A DNA stretch of 64,000 bases from Candidatus Poseidoniaceae archaeon (lineage in GTDB: Archaea; Thermoplasmatota; Poseidoniia; Poseidoniales; Poseidoniaceae), in the NCBI GenBank assembly GCA_943789275.1, contig CALSTM010000003.1:515935-579934 (forward strand), in the 5' to 3' direction. Positions 38,482-47,153 of this stretch are shown piece by piece. Under the pieces are notes generated by a model. It was not told where the DNA came from, did no database searches, and worked only from the letters and a program-made list of their open reading frames with translations. Position numbers and translations under genes: made by a program. Every line of letters begins with the position of its first letter. The stretch's first letter is position 1.

Positions 38482-39291
38482 ATGGCCAAGGAGGTGAAGA
38501 TGCTTGGAACGGGTAACGCCTTCATGCCGTACGGCCGATATCACTCGTTTGCACTCATCGATGGCAAGCACATCATTGACTGTCCTCCAACTGCGATGGC
38601 AAGTCTACGTCGTGCTCGCGTTCCTCTCAGCGAGATTGAGACCATCTTCATCACCCATGTTCACGGTGACCACGTGTTTGGATTCCCGTTCTTGTTGCTT
38701 GAACGTCGGTACATTTCCGACCGTGCCATGCTCAAACCTCTCACGGTTGTTGCTGCTGATGGTGTCAAGGAACATCTGTGGAAATTGTGTGAGTTGGCCT
38801 ATCCAGGTAGTTTGGAAGAAATATTTGCGACCGTTACATGGAAATCAGAAGTCGAAGGAGAATTGGATTCCGGACTCTCTTGGAAACGGTTCCGCGTCCA
38901 ACACGATGAATCGGTGGATCCTTACGGCTACCATTTCAATTCTGGTCAAGAAGGAAGCTTTGTTCACAGCGGTGATTCAGGTCCGTGCCAAACGCTCCAT
39001 GATGAAATCTGTTCAGCAAGCATGGCCATCATCGAAATGGGGTATCCTGAATGGGTTGATTCTGACCATCACCACAAACCTTCAGACATTCAAACGCTGG
39101 CAGAAAAGGCAGAATCCGTTCGGTTGATTGTAACGCACACCTACATTGACCAACCCGGTGTTCATTCAGAAGTCACTGTGACCGATGAATATCCAGTTCA
39201 TCCAGCAAATGTCCACCATGCTGAAGACGGACTTTGTCTTCATCGAAGCGGAGAGAATTGGGTTCTTGGAATGAAGAAATACCACGAGTGA
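38482..39291 (+). CDS. MBL-fold metallo-hydrolase
   Basis: HVHGDHVFG (HxHxDH) motif and downstream His/Asp ligands; 269 aa. Confidence 0.75.
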   Translation: MAKEVKMLGTGNAFMPYGRYHSFALIDGKHIIDCPPTAMASLRRARVPLSEIETIFITHVHGDHVFGFPFLLLERRYISDRAMLKPLTVVAADGVKEHLWKLCELAYPGSLEEIFATVTWKSEVEGELDSGLSWKRFRVQHDESVDPYGYHFNSGQEGSFVHSGDSGPCQTLHDEICSASMAIIEMGYPEWVDSDHHHKPSDIQTLAEKAESVRLIVTHTYIDQPGVHSEVTVTDEYPVHPANVHHAEDGLCLHRSGENWVLGMKKYHE

Positions 39292-39526
39292 GTTTGGCGG
39301 GGCTTTCGTTCGGAAAACGACCCAAAAGTGTGTTATTTTTTACTGAAAGAGCGTATAAAGCGAGACCCTTTATAATCTCGTATTTAATTCACAGAACGAT
39401 TGAAAACTCTACCTGCAAATCTCATCGACGGTCATACTTATGAGGGGGACTCGGACTAACGCACATTATCGCGCAAGTCCCGCCCGGAACTTTGACGATT
39501 CGACCAGAACCCAAGAGGCCACCAAC
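39292..39526. promoter_or_regulatory. AT-rich region upstream of orc1 with TATA-like boxes (TATAAAGCGAGACCCTTTATAATC) and a G-string next to TTTCGTT...AAAACGA; possible origin/promoter elements
   Basis: Seen in sequence. GGGGCTTTCGTTCGGAAAACGA weakly resembles the ORB-like 'AACGAAAG + G-string'. Origin function is inference only. Confidence 0.2.
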
Positions 39527-40768
39527 ATGAGCAGAAACATTTTCGATGATTTCCTCTCACGGCAAACTCTGTTCTTAAACAAGGAAAAACTTCGTCACGA
39601 CCACCTCCCCGAAAACCTTCCACATCGGGAGAAGGAAATCGAAGCCATTGCTTTCAATTTGGTTGAAGCTTTGAACGGTCAAATTCCATCGAACATGACT
39701 CTTTACGGCGTCACCGGCGCTGGAAAAACGGCAGTGACAAAATTCGTCTGCAACCAACTCGAAGAAAAAGGCGCAGAAAAGAACCGAGCCGTTCGTTCAA
39801 TCATGGTCAACTGCAGACAAATTGATACCCAATACCGGGTCTTGAGCCATCTTGGGAACTCGTTGCGTGAAGAACACGAAATCGATGAGATTCCATTTAC
39901 AGGATGGCCAACAGACCGTGTGTTTGCGGAACTTGTTCGTCGAATGGACGAAAAAGGCGGCGTTTACATTCTTGTTCTCGACGAGATTGACCACTTGGTT
40001 CGTAAAGCAGGTGACGATCTTCTGTACAATCTCACCAGCCTCAACGCCTCGTTAAAATCCGCTCGAACTTGCGTCATCGGTATTTCGAACGATTTGAAAT
40101 TCACCGATTTCCTCGACCCACGCGTTCGTTCTCGTCTAGGGCAACTTGACATCGTGTTCAATCCGTACGATGCTAGCCAACTTCAGGACATTTTGCGCCA
40201 ACGCTCAGAAGGCTCGCTCAAGCAAGAAATTCTTGATGAAGGCGTTATTGCCTTGTGTGCAGCACTTGCTGCTCAAGAACACGGTGATGCACGATGTGCA
40301 TTGGATTTGTTACGTGTCTCGACTGAAAGAGCCGAACAAAACGGTGATTCAACCGTCACTCAACGGCATGTTCGAATGGCCCAACACCAAATTGAGAGGG
40401 ATCAGATGATTCCAGTGATTTCGTCGCTTCCAAGTCAACAAAAGCTCGTTTTGGCATCCGTCCTCCTCAATGAGAAGAACGGCCTGCGTAATATTCAGAC
40501 TGGAGAGGTGTACGATGTTTACCAACAAGCGTGCCGATACATTGGCCACAATGCTTTGACTCAACGTAGAGTTTCGGGCCTCATTTCGAACCTTGATATG
40601 CTCGGACTGGTCACTGCTCGCACCATAAGTAAAGGGCGATACGGCCGCTCAAAGCAAATCAATTCCTGCATCCCAAACAACGTTGATGCACAAGCGATTA
40701 TGATTGAGTCCGAATCGGAAATGGAAGAAGTTTTCCAACGACCTTATCGCCATCAATCACGACTTTGA
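39527..40768 (+). CDS. orc1: Orc1/Cdc6 replication initiator
   Basis: Walker A GVTGAGKT, Walker B ILVLDEID, sensor and winged-helix C-terminus (LGLVTARTISKGRYGRS). A start at M30 (39527) fits the Orc1 N-terminus better than 39440. Confidence 0.9.
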   Translation: MSRNIFDDFLSRQTLFLNKEKLRHDHLPENLPHREKEIEAIAFNLVEALNGQIPSNMTLYGVTGAGKTAVTKFVCNQLEEKGAEKNRAVRSIMVNCRQIDTQYRVLSHLGNSLREEHEIDEIPFTGWPTDRVFAELVRRMDEKGGVYILVLDEIDHLVRKAGDDLLYNLTSLNASLKSARTCVIGISNDLKFTDFLDPRVRSRLGQLDIVFNPYDASQLQDILRQRSEGSLKQEILDEGVIALCAALAAQEHGDARCALDLLRVSTERAEQNGDSTVTQRHVRMAQHQIERDQMIPVISSLPSQQKLVLASVLLNEKNGLRNIQTGEVYDVYQQACRYIGHNALTQRRVSGLISNLDMLGLVTARTISKGRYGRSKQINSCIPNNVDAQAIMIESESEMEEVFQRPYRHQSRL

Positions 40769-40841
40769 TTGCCTATATAGCGAAACAATACAATTCTGAA
40801 TGCTTCGGTGTGCTTATATCCAAAAGGTAGGTGGGCGGATT

Positions 40842-41408
40842 ATGAGCACAGAAAACAGCGACGCTGACGCCACCATTGTTTCGATGTTGTTGAACCCATC
40901 TCGCACCATGGCAAACTGGTACGCTGGTATCGGTATATTCGGTATCTTCTTGGCCGTATTGAACATCATTGGAATGGTTCATCCAACCTATCACCTTTCG
41001 TGGGGTGGATTGTTTACCTTTGAAGCAATGAATGCGGCTTTTGAGCCAAAATCTGACGGCGTTCAAGTGGTCCTTTCTGACTTCATCTTCATCGGCCTAT
41101 GTATCGCTTTGGCTGGCCTTGGAATTCGAACCTTCGGCAACGACGAATCCGGAATCGCTGGCTGGTTCAAGAGCATCCTTGTCAACGACACCTGGCCTGC
41201 GTTGGTGGACCCAGACATCGGCGGATGGAACAAACTCTTCGGCGCTTGGTCTGTCTTGCTCGGAATTATTTTCTACTTCTATTACGGTATTGTTAACACC
41301 GGATGGATTGATGTTGGAGTTTATTCCGTGAGCATCGCATTGATTGCTTTCGGACTTGGTTTGCTCATGGCTGCCAACGCACCTGAAGGCGATGACAACT
41401 TGGACTGA
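40842..41408 (+). CDS. hypothetical membrane protein (4 TM)
   Basis: Hydrophobic helices (WYAGIGIFGIFLAVLNIIGMV, FIFIGLCIALAGLGI, WSVLLGIIFYFYYGIV, VSIALIAFGLGLLMAA). Start at the internal ATG (MSTEN). Confidence 0.5.
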   Translation: MSTENSDADATIVSMLLNPSRTMANWYAGIGIFGIFLAVLNIIGMVHPTYHLSWGGLFTFEAMNAAFEPKSDGVQVVLSDFIFIGLCIALAGLGIRTFGNDESGIAGWFKSILVNDTWPALVDPDIGGWNKLFGAWSVLLGIIFYFYYGIVNTGWIDVGVYSVSIALIAFGLGLLMAANAPEGDDNLD

Positions 41409-41410
41409 GT

Positions 41411-42538
41411 TCACTTCTGTTGTTGACCGAACATCGGTTTGTGTCCATTCTTCCCTTGAATGGCGTCTTTTATCCCAAGCGCTAATCCTTTCCACAATGC
41501 GATGCTCCAACGCATTGTCAAATTTCGAATTTTGAGAATCTCGAAGATGGAGAACTTACCCGCTTTCAAAGCACCACGGTTCACCACACCCAGCGGTCCT
41601 CGCCACAGAATTATTTCATGAATGACCATGAGTATCAGCGTGAACAACAGCAGCTTTGTTTGCCACCAAGTTTGAGCCACCTCCCACGACCAATCGGGTT
41701 GTGTGATAAACGAAGTGAGGAACGGAATTCCAGAGACAAGGGCCATGAGCCACAGGGGGAAGACCGCAAGCACCACCGTAGAACTCCCGATGAAGTCCAA
41801 ACCTGGGCCCGTTCGCTTTCGTCGAGGATAATGGCGAACGATACGGGTGTGGGCTCGAGCATCTCTGCATCGCTTAGCGAGGAACCTTGAAGATTCAATT
41901 TCAGGAACGTGATGGACAACAGCATCAGGTGCGTAGACAATCGTTCCACCTTCTGCCATTAATCGAAGACTTACCTCCATGTCTTCGGCATGGTACCATT
42001 TCGGATCAAATCCTCCAATTCCGAGTAGACTTTGGCGTTCAAACATCGAACATGGCCCGTTGGCTAAACTGGTTTGTCGTGGCCTTGAACGGTATTTCGT
42101 GGCGATTTCCACCGAACGAACACGGCTGACAATATCGCCCGCATGTTCGAAAACAGTTCGTCCAGTTACAGCGACGACTTTCTCGTTCTCATCGATGGGT
42201 TGGGTGTTTTCGACCAGTTTTGAAATCCAGTCCGGTTCGGGCCGCACATCAATGTCGGTGATGGCAATCCAATCGCCTTTCGATTCATCCACTGCCCATT
42301 GTCTGCCTGACGAGAGGCCTTTGGGTTCTTGCGTCAAGATGCGAGTTGGAACTTCCGCCTCGAGGTCATGCCATGCGAGTAATTTTTTCTTTGAGCCATC
42401 GCTTGAACCGTCATCAACCGCAATAATTTCGATTGGGCGGTAGGTTTGGGCTTTGAGTGATTCGATGCAACCGTCAATCCAATCCACACCGTCTCGCACG
42501 CAAACGGTAAGACTGACCATTGGATTTTGCTCCGGCAT
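41411..42538 (-). CDS. family 2 glycosyltransferase with C-terminal TM helices
   Basis: GT2 N-terminus MVSLTVCVRDGVDWIDGCIESLKAQTYRPIEIIAVDDGSSDGS (DxD region) and a C-terminal membrane segment. Start at M43, forming a TAATG overlap with the upstream gene stop. Confidence 0.8.
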   Translation of the reverse strand: MPEQNPMVSLTVCVRDGVDWIDGCIESLKAQTYRPIEIIAVDDGSSDGSKKKLLAWHDLEAEVPTRILTQEPKGLSSGRQWAVDESKGDWIAITDIDVRPEPDWISKLVENTQPIDENEKVVAVTGRTVFEHAGDIVSRVRSVEIATKYRSRPRQTSLANGPCSMFERQSLLGIGGFDPKWYHAEDMEVSLRLMAEGGTIVYAPDAVVHHVPEIESSRFLAKRCRDARAHTRIVRHYPRRKRTGPGLDFIGSSTVVLAVFPLWLMALVSGIPFLTSFITQPDWSWEVAQTWWQTKLLLFTLILMVIHEIILWRGPLGVVNRGALKAGKFSIFEILKIRNLTMRWSIALWKGLALGIKDAIQGKNGHKPMFGQQQK

Positions 42539-43557
42539 TATACAACCTCGAACAGTGAAAGGAGATGACGGCATCGCTGTTTGACCGCTAAAGTTGTGTA
42601 TTGTAGAACGACACCCGTTCGAGGTTGCCCGTACATGACCACCGTGCCAAGTGGAGCCAAGCAATGAATCACCAACGGCGCCAAATCTTCTTCACCGTCA
42701 ACTTCCAAAACGACAGAATCCTCGGCAACGAGGGCTTGAGCAATGGCCTGATTGAGTGAGGGGGTGAGAAGCCCAGCAGGATTGACAGCAGTCAAATGGT
42801 GATGAAAACGCTTGGTATTCACTTTCAAATCCTCTTCCAATTCCGTACGTTTTGTTTGTCCATCGATGAGTGCAATATCGGGTGTTAAGCCCATGTCAAG
42901 CATTGTTTTCGTGGTAACATCTCCGACCGTAATGATGGCCCCATGGGGTGACGGCAAGCCGTCCAATGCAGCAGCCATTCCGATTTCAGGGTCGTCTTCT
43001 GGCCCTTCAAACAGCGTACCCATCGGTGTTTTGAGTTCATAATCGAGTGCTGCAGCCATTCTGAGATTCGCTTGACGTAATTCAAGTGGCATCCATGGAT
43101 GTCCTTCACGGTCCATGTGTCCGTTTCGGACGGCTGAGGAACTGATGATACCACCTTCGAATCCATCAAGGTGCATGACTTCAATGACATGCAACGGCAA
43201 TAATCCGTTGGAGGCTCGTTGTTCGTTGATCGCATCGCACATGCCGCGAGTCTCAGGAGTCGCTACAATGGCGTCAGCAACCGTATGCTTAGGTGCTGGT
43301 CCGAAGTTATCGTTGAGTTGATGAACGGTAATTTTGCAGCCTGATTGAGCATCAGCCCAATCGAGTAATTCGTTTCGACGGTCCTCAAAGGATTGAACGA
43401 ATAGAGATTTTGATTCGGCCATAAGGTCCGAAGTGATGTGGATTTCGACCTGTTCTGCATCTTTGCTGGCAGCATTCAACAGTAAACGATGACCTGCATG
43501 GAGCCGGTCAAAAGTCCCCCCGACGAGGCAACAGCGAAAACGCCGTGAGGAGGTCAT
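42538..43557 (-). CDS. fusion of a PPAT-like cytidylyltransferase domain and DUF359 (putative GTP-dependent dephospho-CoA kinase); candidate bifunctional CoA-synthesis enzyme
   Basis: The N-terminus CLVGGTFDRLHAGHRLLL is the (H/T)xGH nucleotidyltransferase motif of archaeal PPAT/RibL. The C-terminal half shows DUF359-like IITVGDVTT, IDGQTKR and GEEDLAPLV...VMYGQPRTGVV. Confidence 0.6.
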   Translation of the reverse strand: MTSSRRFRCCLVGGTFDRLHAGHRLLLNAASKDAEQVEIHITSDLMAESKSLFVQSFEDRRNELLDWADAQSGCKITVHQLNDNFGPAPKHTVADAIVATPETRGMCDAINEQRASNGLLPLHVIEVMHLDGFEGGIISSSAVRNGHMDREGHPWMPLELRQANLRMAAALDYELKTPMGTLFEGPEDDPEIGMAAALDGLPSPHGAIITVGDVTTKTMLDMGLTPDIALIDGQTKRTELEEDLKVNTKRFHHHLTAVNPAGLLTPSLNQAIAQALVAEDSVVLEVDGEEDLAPLVIHCLAPLGTVVMYGQPRTGVVLQYTTLAVKQRCRHLLSLFEVV

Positions 43558-43564
43558 AATTCGT

Positions 43565-43900
43565 TGTGGGATAAGCGGCTCTTTGATTGCATCGCCTCAA
43601 AACGAGAAAAACAACGCAGTTTGGCATGAAGTGAAATCAGCAGGAGCTGTACCCCGACGCGTAACGGCCCTTTTCATCGCAATGCTCGAGGGCCTGACCC
43701 AGCGTCAGGGTTTATGCTGTCCAATAGGTTGGTTGTCTCGTGTTCATCCTGTCGTCGCACGAGGACCCATTACCTACCGGTTGGTTTACCGCCTTGCACC
43801 GAAGGTCATTCCCCGAAGGGTCACTTCAGTCTTCGATAGCGGACCGTACCATTGGTATCGGACTTCACAGCAATTTTCACAGTAGCTCTGCCAGATGTTG
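43565..43900 (-). ncRNA. rnpB: candidate structured ncRNA, possibly RNase P RNA (low confidence)
   Basis: A 390-bp region has no credible ORF. The minus strand carries, in RNase P order and spacing: GUGAAGUCCGAUACCAAUGGUACGG (CR-I-like GGAAAGUCCGGGCUCCAUAGGGCAGG), GGUGCAAGGCGGUAAACC (CR-II-like GGGUGCGGUAAGAGC) and CCGCUUAUC near the 3' end (CR-V CCGGCUUAUC), ~300 nt apart. Confidence 0.3.
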
Positions 43901-43949
43901 CGGGTACGGCAATCGATTCCTGCGGCCTACCCCTTTTCAAGTCATCGAA

Positions 43950-46481
43950 TTATTCTAATTTCGATGCAAAGGAGCGGGCATAGAGCAATGCACCGATTTC
44001 AGCATCCCCTTGATGAAGAACATTCAATCCCATTGCGGGCCATGAATCAACCGAGCGAGCGAGCCATCCTACCAGTGGATGCGTGCGTCCATAATGCACC
44101 GATTCATTGCGCTCGGAAGTGGCAAGCATGTCATAGACATCAAGCAGTGCTGGTTTTCCAGCATGGTCCTCAAGCAACAAAATATGCAACACATCATCGA
44201 GCATGATTCGCCGTGAAGGGTAGGAGGTTGACCATGCAGGTAGACCGCCGCGTTCACCGGTTGGACGCGTGAGCAGTGCAGGCCAAGGCAACACTGTCGA
44301 GGCTAACCATCGTCGCCCAGAAGTTGAAGACAACTGAATCTGTAACCATTCACTGGCCCACGCCCTCCACCAAGGAGATGGCAGTAGACTCATGACTTGA
44401 CGCAGGAACTCCGGTGTCATCGGTTCACCCAATTCCATGTGTTGGAGCAAAGTACCCCACACATAGAGTGTTGAATCTTGTGGATGGAGTTTTGCTGCAG
44501 CCTTGCATTTCATCAAACAGTTTTCGATATGGTCCGGCAAAGGGGTGCCAATCGGGAACAGTGATTCCAACACCCGTAAGGTTTGATGCGGGGCATCAAG
44601 CCAACGAATACACGATTGTTCAATCAATTCATGAAACTCTTCTGGCATTTGATTTGCTGCTAAGAGGAGGGAAGTTGCCATCCACGAGCCGAGTTCCTCG
44701 TTTTCCAGGAAGTGTTGATACTTGAGAATGGATTCAACATTGTTGGTAAACCGTTGTCGCGTTTTCTCGAGTGCTCGGAGCGTCCATTCAGGAGACGCTT
44801 TGGGCATGGCGCTGATGAGTGTCGCCGTTTCGCATTGTTCAATGGGTAACAAATCAGCCCAACCTGATGGTAAAACAGAACGCAAACGAATCCAACGTGA
44901 AGTTCGATGCTCCATCGGCGTAGCAATCCATGCTGCTAACGGCGTACTGCTCTCATTCAAATTGGCCCATTGTTCATCTCCCTGTGGATAAAAAGCAAGT
45001 GCTCGCCAAATTGACCGCTGCAGTTCAAGGTTCGATTCTGTTGCTGAAAACAAGTTCTGATCAAAGCCATCGTTTTGGTTCCAAGCAGCAAGCAACTCCT
45101 TGGCAGATAACGGTACACGCTCATGAATCGTTTGCGACGAACGTTCCACGGGTGCTTGCAAAAGTGAGAGAGGGATATTCGTGCCTCTTCGCATCTCAAT
45201 GACGGCTTTCGTCAAGGTCTTTTCACTTCGAATCACGGCGGTGGATGACCTCAATTTTTGATATTCACCTTCGGATGTAACCAGAATACGGCACCTTCCA
45301 GTGGCAAGAACTTGTTCGAGAATCTCTCTGTTCTCTTCGATTGCATACGGCCATTCAATCACACAATCTCTGCTTGATTCAAAAGCGAACCATTCAAGCA
45401 AGGCGTTTGCTCCTTTAGCGGAGACTCCTGAGAAATTCATGGTGCTCATGCTGATTGATTCACGCCATTCTGCTTTACCAAAATCCGTTAGTAACTGCCG
45501 CTGAACGGCCAGAGGGGGTGGCGATTCAGTAGCATTCAGTAAATGCCGACTTAATTCTTTGAACTTCATGATTCTTTTTTCATCGGCCATTCGTGGATGC
45601 CGTGACTGCAACCAGTATTGTATCGCATCAATAGGTAGATAGCGTCTTGAACGCTGTTGCGGACGAGCTTCAAACACTAAGGCTTCTGCACTCATTGCAT
45701 TGAGTGCTAATGAACGGTTGACAGCGACGGTAAGATGAGCATGGATACCTTTTTTTGGAGAGATTCGTAAGTCCGTACCTGTTGCAGTGCCGAGTGTATA
45801 CTCGCCTTGTGTGAGTAGAGACGGTAACTCCGCAGCCTTTTCCGGTTCTTTGAACCATGTCCCTGGGCTCAGCAACCATTCGCTCCTCGAATCGAGTAGT
45901 GTCGCTCGAATCAGTCCAATACGGTCGACTTCTTCGGTCCATTCGGTGAGTGTTCCTCTCGTGGATAGCGAACGAGGGGCTTCTGTCCTCTCAAAATTAG
46001 AGAGCGTGTACCACTGGATCTCTCCACTTCTTTGAACGGCCCAGCGCCCCCCTTGCTTTCCGCTGGAGAAAGAGGACATGCTCCTACGCTCGGTGATGCC
46101 TTGGTTCGGTAGGGAGAGCAGTCTTGAACGGGGGGGTTTCACATAACCAAGCAGGACGTGAGGGCCGTCGAGAGTCAGAACGATGCCCTCCGCTTGGGTT
46201 GGTCGTTGCGACACGAGTTTGCGAGCTCTGGCCAGAGCATCTTCGGTTAATCTGGCTCGCCCTGCTTCGTTGAGTCGATGTTGAGCACCACGTATACTCC
46301 CTTGCTCGTCGCGACTCACTTCTCCTCGCTCCCGCAACTGCCGAAGCGCCAGTGAAGCGTGAGGCATCCGTAAGTTGAGCGACTCGGCTATACTGGAAAC
46401 CGTGCCACTGCCGTCAATCAACCAATTCAGAACACGCCGTTGATGGCCGCTTCGAATCTGTTTTACTGACATCAAAGTCAC
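43950..46481 (-). CDS. large hypothetical protein (843 aa) with N-terminal winged-helix DNA-binding domain
   Basis: N-terminal wHTH (RRVLNWLIDGSGTVSSIAESLNLRMPHASLALRQLRERGEV). The remaining ~750 aa are helical/Trp-rich with no recognised domain. Its upstream region has multiple palindromes. Confidence 0.5.
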   Translation of the reverse strand: MTLMSVKQIRSGHQRRVLNWLIDGSGTVSSIAESLNLRMPHASLALRQLRERGEVSRDEQGSIRGAQHRLNEAGRARLTEDALARARKLVSQRPTQAEGIVLTLDGPHVLLGYVKPPRSRLLSLPNQGITERRSMSSFSSGKQGGRWAVQRSGEIQWYTLSNFERTEAPRSLSTRGTLTEWTEEVDRIGLIRATLLDSRSEWLLSPGTWFKEPEKAAELPSLLTQGEYTLGTATGTDLRISPKKGIHAHLTVAVNRSLALNAMSAEALVFEARPQQRSRRYLPIDAIQYWLQSRHPRMADEKRIMKFKELSRHLLNATESPPPLAVQRQLLTDFGKAEWRESISMSTMNFSGVSAKGANALLEWFAFESSRDCVIEWPYAIEENREILEQVLATGRCRILVTSEGEYQKLRSSTAVIRSEKTLTKAVIEMRRGTNIPLSLLQAPVERSSQTIHERVPLSAKELLAAWNQNDGFDQNLFSATESNLELQRSIWRALAFYPQGDEQWANLNESSTPLAAWIATPMEHRTSRWIRLRSVLPSGWADLLPIEQCETATLISAMPKASPEWTLRALEKTRQRFTNNVESILKYQHFLENEELGSWMATSLLLAANQMPEEFHELIEQSCIRWLDAPHQTLRVLESLFPIGTPLPDHIENCLMKCKAAAKLHPQDSTLYVWGTLLQHMELGEPMTPEFLRQVMSLLPSPWWRAWASEWLQIQLSSTSGRRWLASTVLPWPALLTRPTGERGGLPAWSTSYPSRRIMLDDVLHILLLEDHAGKPALLDVYDMLATSERNESVHYGRTHPLVGWLARSVDSWPAMGLNVLHQGDAEIGALLYARSFASKLE

Positions 46482-46744
46482 CTTATCTCCTGGTTACTGC
46501 CTCTCATTGTTAAATGTTGCACTTTAGTGCATGTAATTGTTACAAATAGTTACACATTTCCACTGGAGATAGTTGGTTTTTACTTACATGTCGAAAAGAA
46601 GGTGTGAAAATAACACCCCATTTGCATACGAAATGTAACTATAATCGATTTTCTACGGGAAGGGTTATATGAGCACCCTCGGTCATCTGTCTTAGTGGCC
46701 CCAACCCTCTATGGGAGATGGCCTCATGACAGGAGGAAATACAC
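46482..46744. promoter_or_regulatory. AT-rich 263-bp intergenic region with palindromes and ORB-like inverted elements flanking an AT-rich core (see findings)
   Basis: Palindromes TGCACTttAGTGCA (46518-46531) and TGTAAttgTTACA (46532-46544). GTTACA direct repeats are 10 bp apart (46539, 46549). TTTCCACTGGA at 46557-46567 reads TCCAGTGGAAA on the minus strand. An inverted partner GAAATGTAAC is at 46630-46639. Confidence 0.35.
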
Positions 46745-47074
46745 ATGAAAACAACCAGAATCAGAGAGAAAATCAAGAAATTCTTAGGAGACCGACCACG
46801 TAACACTGCCGAGATTCTGGAACACATCAACAGCACCATGCGACACGGCACCACCAGCCAACAGCTCGGTAACGTACTCTCCAAGGATAAGGACATCGTC
46901 AAGGTCGGCTACATCAAGCGCTCAGGAATTCTTTCTGGCGGATACGATATCTGCGAATGGGCGACCCGTAACTGGGTTTCTTCGAACTGCCCTGGGTGGC
47001 AAGAAGGCACACCGATCATCATCGATAACGACGGCAACGTTACCACCGGTAACAGCACCGACCGTTCTCTCTGA
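46745..47074 (+). CDS. hypothetical small protein (109 aa)
   Basis: Strong SD (GGAGGAAATACAC-ATG). No known domain. A possible small wH-like N-terminus (NTAEILEHINSTMRHGTTSQQLGNVLSKDKDIVKVGYIKR). Confidence 0.5.
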   Translation: MKTTRIREKIKKFLGDRPRNTAEILEHINSTMRHGTTSQQLGNVLSKDKDIVKVGYIKRSGILSGGYDICEWATRNWVSSNCPGWQEGTPIIIDNDGNVTTGNSTDRSL

Positions 47075-47153
47075 TTCGGGAAATTGGTCGCGCCAGTTTA
47101 CTACCATCACCCTTTGACGAGGGATTCAATAGGGATGAGTATTTGGCCACGGC

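Noticed and set aside
38504-39127. 207-aa + strand ORF in an alternative frame
   Set aside because: Same strand but a different frame from the MBL-fold hydrolase, which has the HxHxDH motif. The Ser/Leu-rich translation is non-protein-like.
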